A DNA stretch of 64,000 nt, taken from NCBI GenBank assembly GCA_903905505.1, contig CAIVGL010000022.1, forward strand, positions 19,322 to 83,321, written 5' to 3'. Source of the stretch: an uncultured Bacteroidia bacterium. Its GTDB lineage: Bacteria; Bacteroidota; Bacteroidia; Bacteroidales; Prolixibacteraceae. Positions 9,036-16,572 of the stretch are shown here, piece by piece. The notes under the pieces were generated by a model. That model made no database searches and was not told the origin of the DNA. It worked only from the letters and a program-made list of their open reading frames with translations. How positions within the stretch are numbered: the first letter of the stretch is position 1; every line of letters starts with the position of its first letter. Position numbers and translations under genes: made by a program.

Positions 9036-10937
9036 ATGAGTAAGGATTTTCGGATTCTGGTTGCTGATTCCAATCCAGAGATCTTGAATGTTTTTCTAAA
9101 CATCCTTAAAGAGGCTGACTATAGCACCCTTTCAGCCAATACAGTTAAAAAATGCAGCTCTATTCTTGCGCATGACAAGCCCGATGTTCTGATTCTTAGC
9201 ACGCAGCTGGTCGATCAGCAAGGAGTTGAGTTTTATCGTATGCTTAAAACAAATCCTGAGTTTGGAAAGCCATTTGTTATTCTAATTTCCCTCTCTCCAT
9301 TTACTGCCGAATTCAGAGCCAACGCGCTTCGCGAAGGTTTAGCGGATGGATATTTGATCAGACCTTATGAGGATTTAAAGGTGCTAGCCTGGATTCATAC
9401 GGCAGAATTAATGCTTACTGCTCGAAGAGAATTAAAATTTGCAATCTCTAAATCGGATAATTTAGTGGCTTCCATGCAGGAAGGGGTTTATGTTCATGAG
9501 CTAATTTACGACCAATCTGGTCGAGCTATTGACTACCGAATTTTGGAGGCTAATGCGGCATCCGAAAGGCAATTAAATATAAAGGTAGAGCATGCGCTAG
9601 GCAAGTTGGCTAGCGAACTATTTGACGCCGAATCTCCACCTTTCCTAGATCTATATGCTAAAGTTGCAGAAACAGGGTTGTCAACTTCCTTTGAACAATA
9701 TTTCCCACCTATGGAGAAATATTTTAATATCTCAGTCTATTCATTACATAAAGGGATGTTCGCCACTGTTTTCAGCGATATTACTGAGCATAAGGTTTTT
9801 GAAAAAGTTCTGCTTGAGAGCGAAGAGAAATATAAAAATTTAGTGAGAGATATGCAGGTTGGCGTAATTCTTCAAGATCCGAAGGCCCAAATTTTGATGA
9901 GTAATCAAAAGGCTCTTGAACTTTTAGGACTTACTGAAGATCAGCTTTTAGGAAAGACTTCGTTTGATCCGAGTTGGAATGTCATTCATGAAGATGGATC
10001 CCCTTTCCCCGGGGAGACTCATCCTGTGCCACAAGCTATTGCTCTAAATCATTCCGTGGATAATGTTATTATGGGGGTTTATCGACCTAGCGTGGGTGAT
10101 CGTATTTGGCTTAGGGTTGATGCGGAAGTTCAGCGTGACAAGAGTGGAATCCTATCCCAAGTGGTGTGCTCATTTGTTGATATCTCAGATCGGAAGGAGG
10201 CAGAGGCCATATTAGAGGCAAAGATTGTCGAGTTAGCAAAAGTTATGGCTGAAAGAGACAAGTTTTTTTCTATCCTAGCACACGATTTACGTACCCCTTT
10301 TAATGGGTTTTTAGGTCTGACACAGATTATTGCTGAAGATTTGAATAACCTTAAGATAAATGAGGTTCAAGAAATTGCGATTCAGATGTCTCGCTCAGCA
10401 ACGAACCTTTATCGATTGCTAACTAACCTCTTGGAATGGTCAAAAGTTAAGCGAGGGTTGGTTCATTCAAACCCGATACAACTTAATTTAAGGACCGTTA
10501 TTGACGAAAATATATTGGTTCTACAGGAGTCCGCAGCAATGAAAGAGGTTGTTATTTCGACTGATATTTCGACTGAAATGAGGGTGTTAGCTGATCCGAA
10601 CATGCTTCATACTATTTTGCGGAATCTTCTTTCAAATGCACTTAAGTTCACACGTGCAGGTGGGAATGTTATGGTTTCAGCAAAATCAGATCACCATAGC
10701 TGGATTGAAATTTCAATTCACGATACGGGCATTGGCATGACGCAGGAGCATGTGAATAATCTTTTTAAAATTGACGTTGACACCAAACGACAAGGGACGC
10801 AAGGAGAACAAAGCACCGGTTTAGGTCTGATGCTATGCAAAGAGTTTGTGGAGATAAATAAGGGGCGGATCTGGGTTAAAAGTAAAGTTGGAATAGGTTC
10901 GACGTTTTATTTTACGCTCCCTTGCGCATTGAATTAG
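9036..10937 (+). CDS. Hybrid sensor histidine kinase: N-terminal receiver-like domain, two PAS-like regions, HisKA and HATPase_c
   Basis: H-box FFSILAHDLRTPFNG. N-box LRNLLSNALKFT. G-boxes IHDTGIGM and GLGLMLCKEFV. N-terminal CheY-like fold, but with Ser where the phospho-Asp is expected (DVLILSTQL). Confidence 0.85.
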   Translation: MSKDFRILVADSNPEILNVFLNILKEADYSTLSANTVKKCSSILAHDKPDVLILSTQLVDQQGVEFYRMLKTNPEFGKPFVILISLSPFTAEFRANALREGLADGYLIRPYEDLKVLAWIHTAELMLTARRELKFAISKSDNLVASMQEGVYVHELIYDQSGRAIDYRILEANAASERQLNIKVEHALGKLASELFDAESPPFLDLYAKVAETGLSTSFEQYFPPMEKYFNISVYSLHKGMFATVFSDITEHKVFEKVLLESEEKYKNLVRDMQVGVILQDPKAQILMSNQKALELLGLTEDQLLGKTSFDPSWNVIHEDGSPFPGETHPVPQAIALNHSVDNVIMGVYRPSVGDRIWLRVDAEVQRDKSGILSQVVCSFVDISDRKEAEAILEAKIVELAKVMAERDKFFSILAHDLRTPFNGFLGLTQIIAEDLNNLKINEVQEIAIQMSRSATNLYRLLTNLLEWSKVKRGLVHSNPIQLNLRTVIDENILVLQESAAMKEVVISTDISTEMRVLADPNMLHTILRNLLSNALKFTRAGGNVMVSAKSDHHSWIEISIHDTGIGMTQEHVNNLFKIDVDTKRQGTQGEQSTGLGLMLCKEFVEINKGRIWVKSKVGIGSTFYFTLPCALN

Positions 10938-11044
10938 AACCCAAAATTCGGTCTTTAAATTCTTAACTCTCTTGGGAGCGAATTGCAAATCTGCACGAGT
11001 AGTGTTAAGCTAAATATCGCTATTGATACTTTAGTCGCTAAAAA

Positions 11045-11088
11045 CAAAAAGAGAGACCTTCCGATCTCTCTTTTATGCTCCTCAGGTA
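11045..11088. repeat. Direct repeat copy 1 (44 nt: hairpin plus tRNA-Asn 3' end)
   Basis: caaaaagagagaccttccgatctctcttttatgctcctcaggta matches 11541-11584 at 42 of 44 positions (hand alignment), offset 496 bp. Confidence 0.9.
11047..11074. terminator. Bidirectional intrinsic terminator-like hairpin (AAAGAGAGA / TCTCTCTTT)
   Basis: A-tract, GA/TC stem and T-tract. It lies downstream of the convergent kinase (+) and of the GIY-YIG/pseudo-tRNA unit (-). Confidence 0.55.
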
Positions 11089-11117
11089 TCCCGATAATTA
11101 TCGGGATGAACCTACGA
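11076..11117 (-). pseudogene. tRNA-Asn fragment A: acceptor 3' strand and T-arm only, T-loop interrupted by an 18-nt palindrome
   Basis: tgctcctcaggta + TCCCGATAATTATCGGGA + tgaacctacga. The flanks are identical to the intact gene at 11574-11647. Nothing 5' of the T-arm remains, and the GIY-YIG stop codon lies 2 nt away. Confidence 0.8.
11089..11106. repeat. Perfect 18-nt palindrome TCCCGATAATTATCGGGA (20 nt with flanking A/T)
   Basis: Self-complementary by direct reading. An identical copy lies at 11468-11485. Confidence 0.95.
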
Positions 11118-11119
11118 TA

Positions 11120-11407
11120 TTAGTGATATTTATTTTTTAATTTATCAGAAATTTCAGGGTATTCTTTAATATTTTGAATGTATTGGCGGCTTTTCATTTT
11201 TTTAATATGACACTCAATTTGTATCGCTTGAAACCTTGATTCGCAAGATATGGTTTGAAATAATCCCCAATCATTTGCTTTGCTTGTAAATGACCCTTGA
11301 AATTTTTTTTCTAAATGGAACGCAATTCGTTTATTGAGATCTTTAGTTTGGCCAATATAAAAGCGATCCAAGCTCTTGCTGTATAGGATGTAAACGGCAT
11401 AGGACAT
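11120..11407 (-). CDS. Small GIY-YIG nuclease family protein (95 aa)
   Basis: AVYILYS...RFYIGQT..L..R...H followed by a conserved Glu (IECHIKK) fits the GIY-YIG catalytic core. Intact ORF. Confidence 0.8.
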   Translation of the reverse strand: MSYAVYILYSKSLDRFYIGQTKDLNKRIAFHLEKKFQGSFTSKANDWGLFQTISCESRFQAIQIECHIKKMKSRQYIQNIKEYPEISDKLKNKYH

Positions 11408-11453
11408 GCATAAAGGTACAAAAAATGGCCAGCTTAAATATGATTTTAATACT

Positions 11454-11530
11454 TGCTCCTCAGGTAGTCCCGATAATTATCGGGATGATAGCTATCGGGA
11501 TTGAACCTACGACCTACGGACCGCTCTAAC
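11454..11530 (-). pseudogene. tRNA-Asn fragment B: T-loop replaced by 1.8 palindrome copies, anticodon arm and 5' end missing
   Basis: tgctcctcaggtag + TCCCGATAATTATCGGGA TGATAGCTATCGGGA + ttgaacctacgacctacgga + ccgctctaac. Relative to the intact gene, ttaacagtccg (anticodon arm) is deleted and the D-loop/acceptor 5' strand is replaced by unrelated sequence. Confidence 0.8.
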
Positions 11531-11540
11531 TCAATATAAA

Positions 11541-11584
11541 CAAAAAAAGAGACCTTTCGATCTCTCTTTTATGCTCCTCAGGTA
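11541..11584. repeat. Direct repeat copy 2 (44 nt: hairpin plus tRNA-Asn 3' end)
   Basis: Matches 11045-11088 at 42 of 44 positions. Confidence 0.9.
11542..11570. terminator. Terminator-like hairpin immediately downstream of the intact tRNA-Asn
   Basis: AAAGAGA..TCTCTCTTTT with flanking A and T runs. Paralogous to 11047-11074. Confidence 0.55.
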
Positions 11585-11647
11585 GGACTTGAACCTACGA
11601 CCTACGGATTAACAGTCCGCCGCTCTAACCAACTGAGCTACTAAGGA
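11574..11647 (-). tRNA. tRNA-Asn (anticodon GTT), 74 nt, CCA not encoded
   Basis: Hand-folded cloverleaf on the minus strand: acceptor TCCTTAG/CTGAGGA, D arm GCTC-AGTTGGTTA-GAGC, anticodon arm GCGGA-CTGTTAA-TCCGT, variable AGGTC, T arm GTAGG-TTCAAGT-CCTAC, discriminator G. Confidence 0.9.
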
Positions 11648-11680
11648 ATAATATTTTTTACTTTAAGAACTTGCACTGCC

Positions 11681-11728
11681 TCCTCGGGACCGCTCTAATC
11701 CCGAATTCTCGGGAAGCTACTAAGGAAT
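11681..11728 (-). pseudogene. tRNA-Asn fragment D: 5' acceptor strand and D-stem only, D-loop replaced by a TCCCGA..TCGGGA hairpin
   Basis: Minus strand reads TTCCTTAGTAGCT + TCCCGAGAATTCGGGA + TTAGAGCGG + TCCCGAGGA..., then diverges. Insert coordinates are 11699-11714; a half-site lies at 11681-11689. Confidence 0.75.
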
Positions 11729-11758
11729 TTTTTCTTCAGTTTATTTTCTAAAGAGTTG

Positions 11759-11766
11759 CAAAAATA
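11759..11766 (-). promoter_or_regulatory. Candidate -7 box TATTTTTG for the minus-strand tRNA/pseudo-tRNA/GIY-YIG unit
   Basis: Exact TAnnTTTG match about 30 nt upstream of fragment D. I found no comparable match directly upstream of the GIY-YIG ORF. Confidence 0.3.
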
Positions 11767-11789
11767 GTAAGATTTTAAGAAATCAGAAA

Positions 11790-11797
11790 TATATTTG
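11790..11797 (+). promoter_or_regulatory. Candidate -7 box TATATTTG for the adenosine kinase gene
   Basis: Exact TAnnTTTG match 28 nt upstream of the ATG at 11825. Confidence 0.35.
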
Positions 11798-11824
11798 TAG
11801 AAAATATTGAAATAAATTATTTAG

Positions 11825-12805
11825 ATGGGTAAATTGAAAATTTTGGGAATCGGAAATGCCTTAGTAGATATCTTGGTGCGAACAGAAGACGATCAGCTAA
11901 TCAGTCGCTTAGGACTCCCCAAGGGGGGGATGGTCCTTGTGGATGGTGAATTGTCGGCTCGGATCCAGCAAGAGATCGCTCATCTCGAAATTAAAGTTGC
12001 GACTGGCGGTTCGGTGGCCAATGCAATTCAAGGGATTGCTGAGATCGGCATTTCCTGCGGTTACTTGGGTTCTGTAGGCAACGACGATCATGGCGGATTA
12101 TTCAAATCAAAGCTCAATAAACGGAGCATATCGGCAATGCTTAAGTCTTCAGCTTTGCCTACTGGCTGTGCGGTGGGCTTTGTGAGTCAAGATGGCGAAC
12201 GAACATTTGCGACTTACCTAGGTGCCGCAGTAGAGATGAACCCATCCGATATCTCCCCCGAACTATTTAAGGGTTATACGTTGTTTTTTATCGAAGGTTA
12301 TCTGGTCTTTAATCATGCCCTAATTATGGCTGCTGCGTCAGCGGCAAAATCTGCCGGTCTTACCGTAGCACTTGATCTTGCTAGCTTTAATGTTGTTGAG
12401 GCGAACCTCGAGATCTTGAATGAACTGGTAGACAATTACGTGGATATCGTTTTTGCGAACGAAGAGGAAGCTAAATCATTTACTGGTCTGCATCCTGAAT
12501 TAGCACTCGAACATATTGCGTCGCGCTGTGACATCGCAGTGGTGAAAGTGGGCAAGGAGGGTGCATATATTCAGCAAGGCATGCAGAAATGGCATGTTCC
12601 TGCATTGGGAGCTGAAGTGTTGGATACCACGGGTGCTGGCGACTTCTTTGCTGCAGGCTTTCTTGCAGGGCTAGCGCATGCCTATGATCTTGAGAAATGT
12701 GCCCAAATAGGCGCACTTATGGCCAGAGAGGTTATTGAGGTGATGGGCGCCGACTTAGAAGAACATCGCTGGACATACGTTAAAGAGCAAATAGCTTTGC
12801 TCTAA
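11825..12805 (+). CDS. Adenosine kinase / PfkB-family carbohydrate kinase
   Basis: GIGNALVDIL N-terminal motif, GGSVANA, and the C-terminal PfkB signature DTTGAGDFFAAGFLAGL. Confidence 0.8.
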   Translation: MGKLKILGIGNALVDILVRTEDDQLISRLGLPKGGMVLVDGELSARIQQEIAHLEIKVATGGSVANAIQGIAEIGISCGYLGSVGNDDHGGLFKSKLNKRSISAMLKSSALPTGCAVGFVSQDGERTFATYLGAAVEMNPSDISPELFKGYTLFFIEGYLVFNHALIMAAASAAKSAGLTVALDLASFNVVEANLEILNELVDNYVDIVFANEEEAKSFTGLHPELALEHIASRCDIAVVKVGKEGAYIQQGMQKWHVPALGAEVLDTTGAGDFFAAGFLAGLAHAYDLEKCAQIGALMAREVIEVMGADLEEHRWTYVKEQIALL

Positions 12806-12839
12806 AAATCCTAGTCTTACTAGTTAAGTGAGGAATGAA

Positions 12840-14135
12840 TTATTTCGAAATAAGCAGGAAATAGTTCTTCTTCCCTTTTTGAATCAGTAAATATTTACTG
12901 CCAATAAGCTTATCTGAACCGATAACATCGTCTGGACTTTCTATCTTGGATTTATTCAGCGATACTCCACCTCCAGCAATCGTCCGTCTTGCCTCACCTT
13001 TAGAAGGGAAAACATCGGTTTTTTCGGCAAGAAGATCGATGATATTAATCCCAGTCTTTAGCTCGGCAGCCGATATTTCACACTGAGGAACACCTTCGAA
13101 AACAGATAGAAAAGTTGCTTCGTCCAGTTTTCGCAGACTCTCTTCGGTACCCTTCCCAAACAAAATCTCGGAGGCCTCCACGGCAATGGCATAATCAGCT
13201 TCTGAATGGACCATGCAGGTGACCTCTTTAGCGAGAACTTTCTGAAGCTGACGTTGATGTGGCGCTTCTTGATGAGCTGCAATAAGCTCATTGATTGTTT
13301 CTTGCGAAAGAATAGTGAAGATCTTAATGTATTTTTCCGCATCCGCATCTGAGGTATTCAGCCAGAACTGATAAAATTGATAAGGTGATGTCCGCTCAGG
13401 ATCTAGCCACACATTTCCTGATTCGGTTTTGCCAAATTTGGTGCCATCGGCTTTTTTAATCAGCGGACAGGTGAGTGCCCAAGCCTCGCCACCTGCTTTT
13501 TTGCGGATTAGCTCAGTCCCAGTGGTGATATTCCCCCATTGGTCGGAGCCACCCATCTGTAACTTGCAATTTTTTTCTTGATAGAGGTGCAGGAAGTCTG
13601 TTCCTTGAACCAATTGATAGGTAAATTCGGTAAACGACATTCCAGCTGCTCCACTGTCAGAATCGAGCCTTTTCTTGACCGAATCTTTAGCCATCATATA
13701 ATTAACGGTGATATGCTTTCCAATATCACGGATAAAATCGAGGAAGGTGAACGACTTCATCCAGTCGTAATTATTTACCATCTCGGCTCCATTTTCGGCC
13801 TTGGAATCGAAGTCTAAGAATTTTGCAATTTGAACTTTTAAACACTCTTGATTGTGACGCAAGGTGCTTTCATCTAATAGATTACGTTCTTGTGATTTTC
13901 CTGAAGGGTCGCCAATCATCCCTGTTGCACCACCGACTAAAACGATTGGTTTATGTCCGCTGAGTTGAAAATGTTTCAACATCATAACGCCAACAAGGTG
14001 TCCGATATGTAAGGAGTCTGCTGTAGGATCAATGCCGACGTATGCCGAAGTGATCTCTTTTTTCAATTGTTCTTCTACTCCGGGCATCATATCATGAATC
14101 ATTCCCCGCCAGGTCAATTCTTCAACAAAATTCAT
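12840..14135 (-). CDS. tyrS: Tyrosine--tRNA ligase
   Basis: HIGH motif (DSLHIGHLV), KMSKS-equivalent KFGKT, C-terminal S4-like domain. Length is typical at 431 aa. Confidence 0.93.
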   Translation of the reverse strand: MNFVEELTWRGMIHDMMPGVEEQLKKEITSAYVGIDPTADSLHIGHLVGVMMLKHFQLSGHKPIVLVGGATGMIGDPSGKSQERNLLDESTLRHNQECLKVQIAKFLDFDSKAENGAEMVNNYDWMKSFTFLDFIRDIGKHITVNYMMAKDSVKKRLDSDSGAAGMSFTEFTYQLVQGTDFLHLYQEKNCKLQMGGSDQWGNITTGTELIRKKAGGEAWALTCPLIKKADGTKFGKTESGNVWLDPERTSPYQFYQFWLNTSDADAEKYIKIFTILSQETINELIAAHQEAPHQRQLQKVLAKEVTCMVHSEADYAIAVEASEILFGKGTEESLRKLDEATFLSVFEGVPQCEISAAELKTGINIIDLLAEKTDVFPSKGEARRTIAGGGVSLNKSKIESPDDVIGSDKLIGSKYLLIQKGKKNYFLLISK

Positions 14136-14291
14136 CGTACTAGTTGATTTTAAAGTTATGCTTAATCGATCTTACCCTCTTTGATTATTGGGTTTGAAAT
14201 CATCAAAAGGCAAAGATACATTTTTTTCAAGCTGTCTGCATCTTGAATTTGGGCACTTTCCTGGGATAGAAGTCAAGTTTTTAATCCCCGT

Positions 14292-14828
14292 TTAGGTCTC
14301 GCTTTTTGTGGATGGCTTGACTTGGAATTCAAAGATATTGATATGCTCCGCTTTTAGGAAGGGCATAATACCTGGAGCTATATTTTCAATCGGAGTATAT
14401 AGTGTTGATTCGCTCTTTAGTTTTGGCGGGATCAAGGTCCGGGTGTGTTTTTCTATTTTTTGTGTCAGCATCATGAAAATGCTTAGAATAAAGGCGGCTT
14501 TAAGGGCTGCAATGATTGCGCCACCTATTCTACTGAAAATACTAAGGGCGATGGCTCGAACAAATTTCTCTGTTGCAGTCGCCACAAGGTGTACCACGAT
14601 AACCACAAAAATAAATATTAACACAAAGGACATGATTCGAAGCATGTCGGTATTCCAATCCAAGAATTTTGAGATCCATCCTAAAACGAGTTCTGAAAAT
14701 TCAACTGCCAACCAGATGCCAAGAATTAAGGAGACAATGGAAGCAAGTTCCACGAAAAATCCTTTGATAAAACCGTTAATTCCTGCAGCACAGAGGATTA
14801 TGATTAATACAATATCCAGTGAATTCAC
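14292..14828 (-). CDS. cvpA: CvpA-family membrane protein
   Basis: Four predicted TM helices with a typical CvpA N-terminus (DIVLIIILCAAGINGFIKGF). The equal-length ORF on the + strand is a low-complexity shadow. Confidence 0.7.
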   Translation of the reverse strand: MNSLDIVLIIILCAAGINGFIKGFFVELASIVSLILGIWLAVEFSELVLGWISKFLDWNTDMLRIMSFVLIFIFVVIVVHLVATATEKFVRAIALSIFSRIGGAIIAALKAAFILSIFMMLTQKIEKHTRTLIPPKLKSESTLYTPIENIAPGIMPFLKAEHINIFEFQVKPSTKSET

Positions 14829-14933
14829 CTTAATCTATTTTAGTTAAACATCTGCTTGCGTCTGAAAAGCCTTTCATTTACCTTCCCTTCCAATTGAGCA
14901 CCCTTCGATCCGCATTTCTTGAGAATAATATTC

Positions 14934-14941
14934 TAAATTTG
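14934..14941 (+). promoter_or_regulatory. Candidate -7 box TAAATTTG for the GH3-family gene
   Basis: Exact TAnnTTTG match 93 nt upstream of the ATG at 15034. Confidence 0.3.
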
Positions 14942-15033
14942 TAGAAACAAAACTTAGTTTTCGGTTCTCACTGAGCATTCTATTTTGCGAAAGATAATAA
15001 ATTTCAACTGAATATCTAACCTGACAAGCATAC

Positions 15034-16572
15034 ATGACTATTGTTAATTCAATTATTAACTGGATAAACTACAAGCGCATTTATGAGATCGATCTCTATC
15101 GGGATCATGCTCAGGAGATACAGCAAGAGGTGCTGTTCAATCTTTTGCATACCGCAAAGGGGACTGAATGGGGAGAGAAATACAAATATGGCTCTACCAA
15201 AACTTGGGAATGCTACAAAGAGAATGTCCCTGTTAGTCGTTATGAATCTATTGAACCTCTGATTCATCGAATGGTTCAAGGGGAGAAAAATGTCCTCTGG
15301 CCCGGTGCAGTGAAATGGTTCGCAAAATCTTCAGGCACGACAAATGCCAAGAGTAAGTTTATCCCTGTTTCAAAAGAATCTCTCGACGATTGTCATTATA
15401 GAGGTGGCAAAGATGTGTTAGCTATCTATTACCATAATAATCCTGATGCTTCTTTGCTCTCCGGCAAGAGTCTAACCTTAGGTGGAAGTCATCAATTGGC
15501 AAATCCAACAGATAAGGCTTATTATGGCGATCTCTCTGCTATTATGATAGAGAATCTCCCTTTTTGGACTGACTTTCATCGTACTCCTCCAACGGAGATT
15601 GCGTTAATTTCAGAGTTTGAGGAGAAGATCGCGCAGATTACAAAAACAGCCATCCATACCAATGTGACCTCTTTGGCTGGTGTCCCCTCTTGGTTCTTAG
15701 TCTTGTTGCATTATGTTTTAGATTATACTGGGAAATCAAATATCACCGAAATTTGGCCGAATCTCGAACTTTTTGTCCATGGAGGCGTTTCTTTTGAGCC
15801 TTACAAAGAACAATATAAACGGTTGATCCCATCGGTAAAGATGCATTACTTGGAGACGTACAATGCTTCCGAAGGTTTTTTTGCCATTCAGAATGATCCG
15901 GCATCAACGGATATGTTGTTAATGCTTGACTACGGAGTATTTTATGAATTTATCCTTGTTGGTCATACTGAAGAGGAGCATCCGGTAGCGATTCCGTTAT
16001 GGGAGGTTGAGCTAGGTGTGAATTATGCGATGGTCATTTCAACAACCGGAGGACTATGGCGTTATTTAATTGGTGATACACTGGTCTTCACCTCTAAGAA
16101 CCCCTATAAGATTCGGATCACGGGACGGACGAAGCATTTTATCAACGCTTTTGGGGAGGAGATTATTATCGATAATGCTGAACGAGCCATTAAAGCGGCG
16201 TGTGATGCAACCGGAGCCATTATCAGTGATTATACTGCTGGTCCAATTTTTATGACCGAGAGTCAGTCGAAAGGAGCGCATCAATGGTTGATTGAATTTA
16301 CGGAACTTCCCGATGAAATGATTAGATTTACCGCTGTTCTAGATCAGGAATTGCAAAATTTAAATTCCGATTACGAAGCTAAACGACATCGGAATGCAAC
16401 ATTAGAGATGCCCCATGTTTTATCGGCCTGTAAGGGAACTTTTTTGCAGTGGATGCGTGAAAGAGGCAAGGTGGGAGGACAGAATAAGGTCCCTCGATTA
16501 TCCAATAACAGGGAATTTTTAGATAGCTTATTAGAGATACATACGGATATGGAACTAAAATTACAGCGCTGA
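15034..16572 (+). CDS. GH3 (auxin-responsive GH3 / JAR1-like acyl-adenylate forming) family protein
   Basis: FAKSSGTT adenylation-type motif, YNASEGFFA and RITGRTKHFINAFGEE resemble bacterial GH3-family proteins. Function in bacteria is unknown to me. Confidence 0.75.
   Translation: MTIVNSIINWINYKRIYEIDLYRDHAQEIQQEVLFNLLHTAKGTEWGEKYKYGSTKTWECYKENVPVSRYESIEPLIHRMVQGEKNVLWPGAVKWFAKSSGTTNAKSKFIPVSKESLDDCHYRGGKDVLAIYYHNNPDASLLSGKSLTLGGSHQLANPTDKAYYGDLSAIMIENLPFWTDFHRTPPTEIALISEFEEKIAQITKTAIHTNVTSLAGVPSWFLVLLHYVLDYTGKSNITEIWPNLELFVHGGVSFEPYKEQYKRLIPSVKMHYLETYNASEGFFAIQNDPASTDMLLMLDYGVFYEFILVGHTEEEHPVAIPLWEVELGVNYAMVISTTGGLWRYLIGDTLVFTSKNPYKIRITGRTKHFINAFGEEIIIDNAERAIKAACDATGAIISDYTAGPIFMTESQSKGAHQWLIEFTELPDEMIRFTAVLDQELQNLNSDYEAKRHRNATLEMPHVLSACKGTFLQWMRERGKVGGQNKVPRLSNNREFLDSLLEIHTDMELKLQR

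Noticed and set aside
14308-14847. 179-aa plus-strand ORF exactly antisense to cvpA
   Set aside because: The minus-strand product has the CvpA N-terminus and regular TM helices. The plus-strand product is an irregular shadow frame of a hydrophobic-codon-rich gene.
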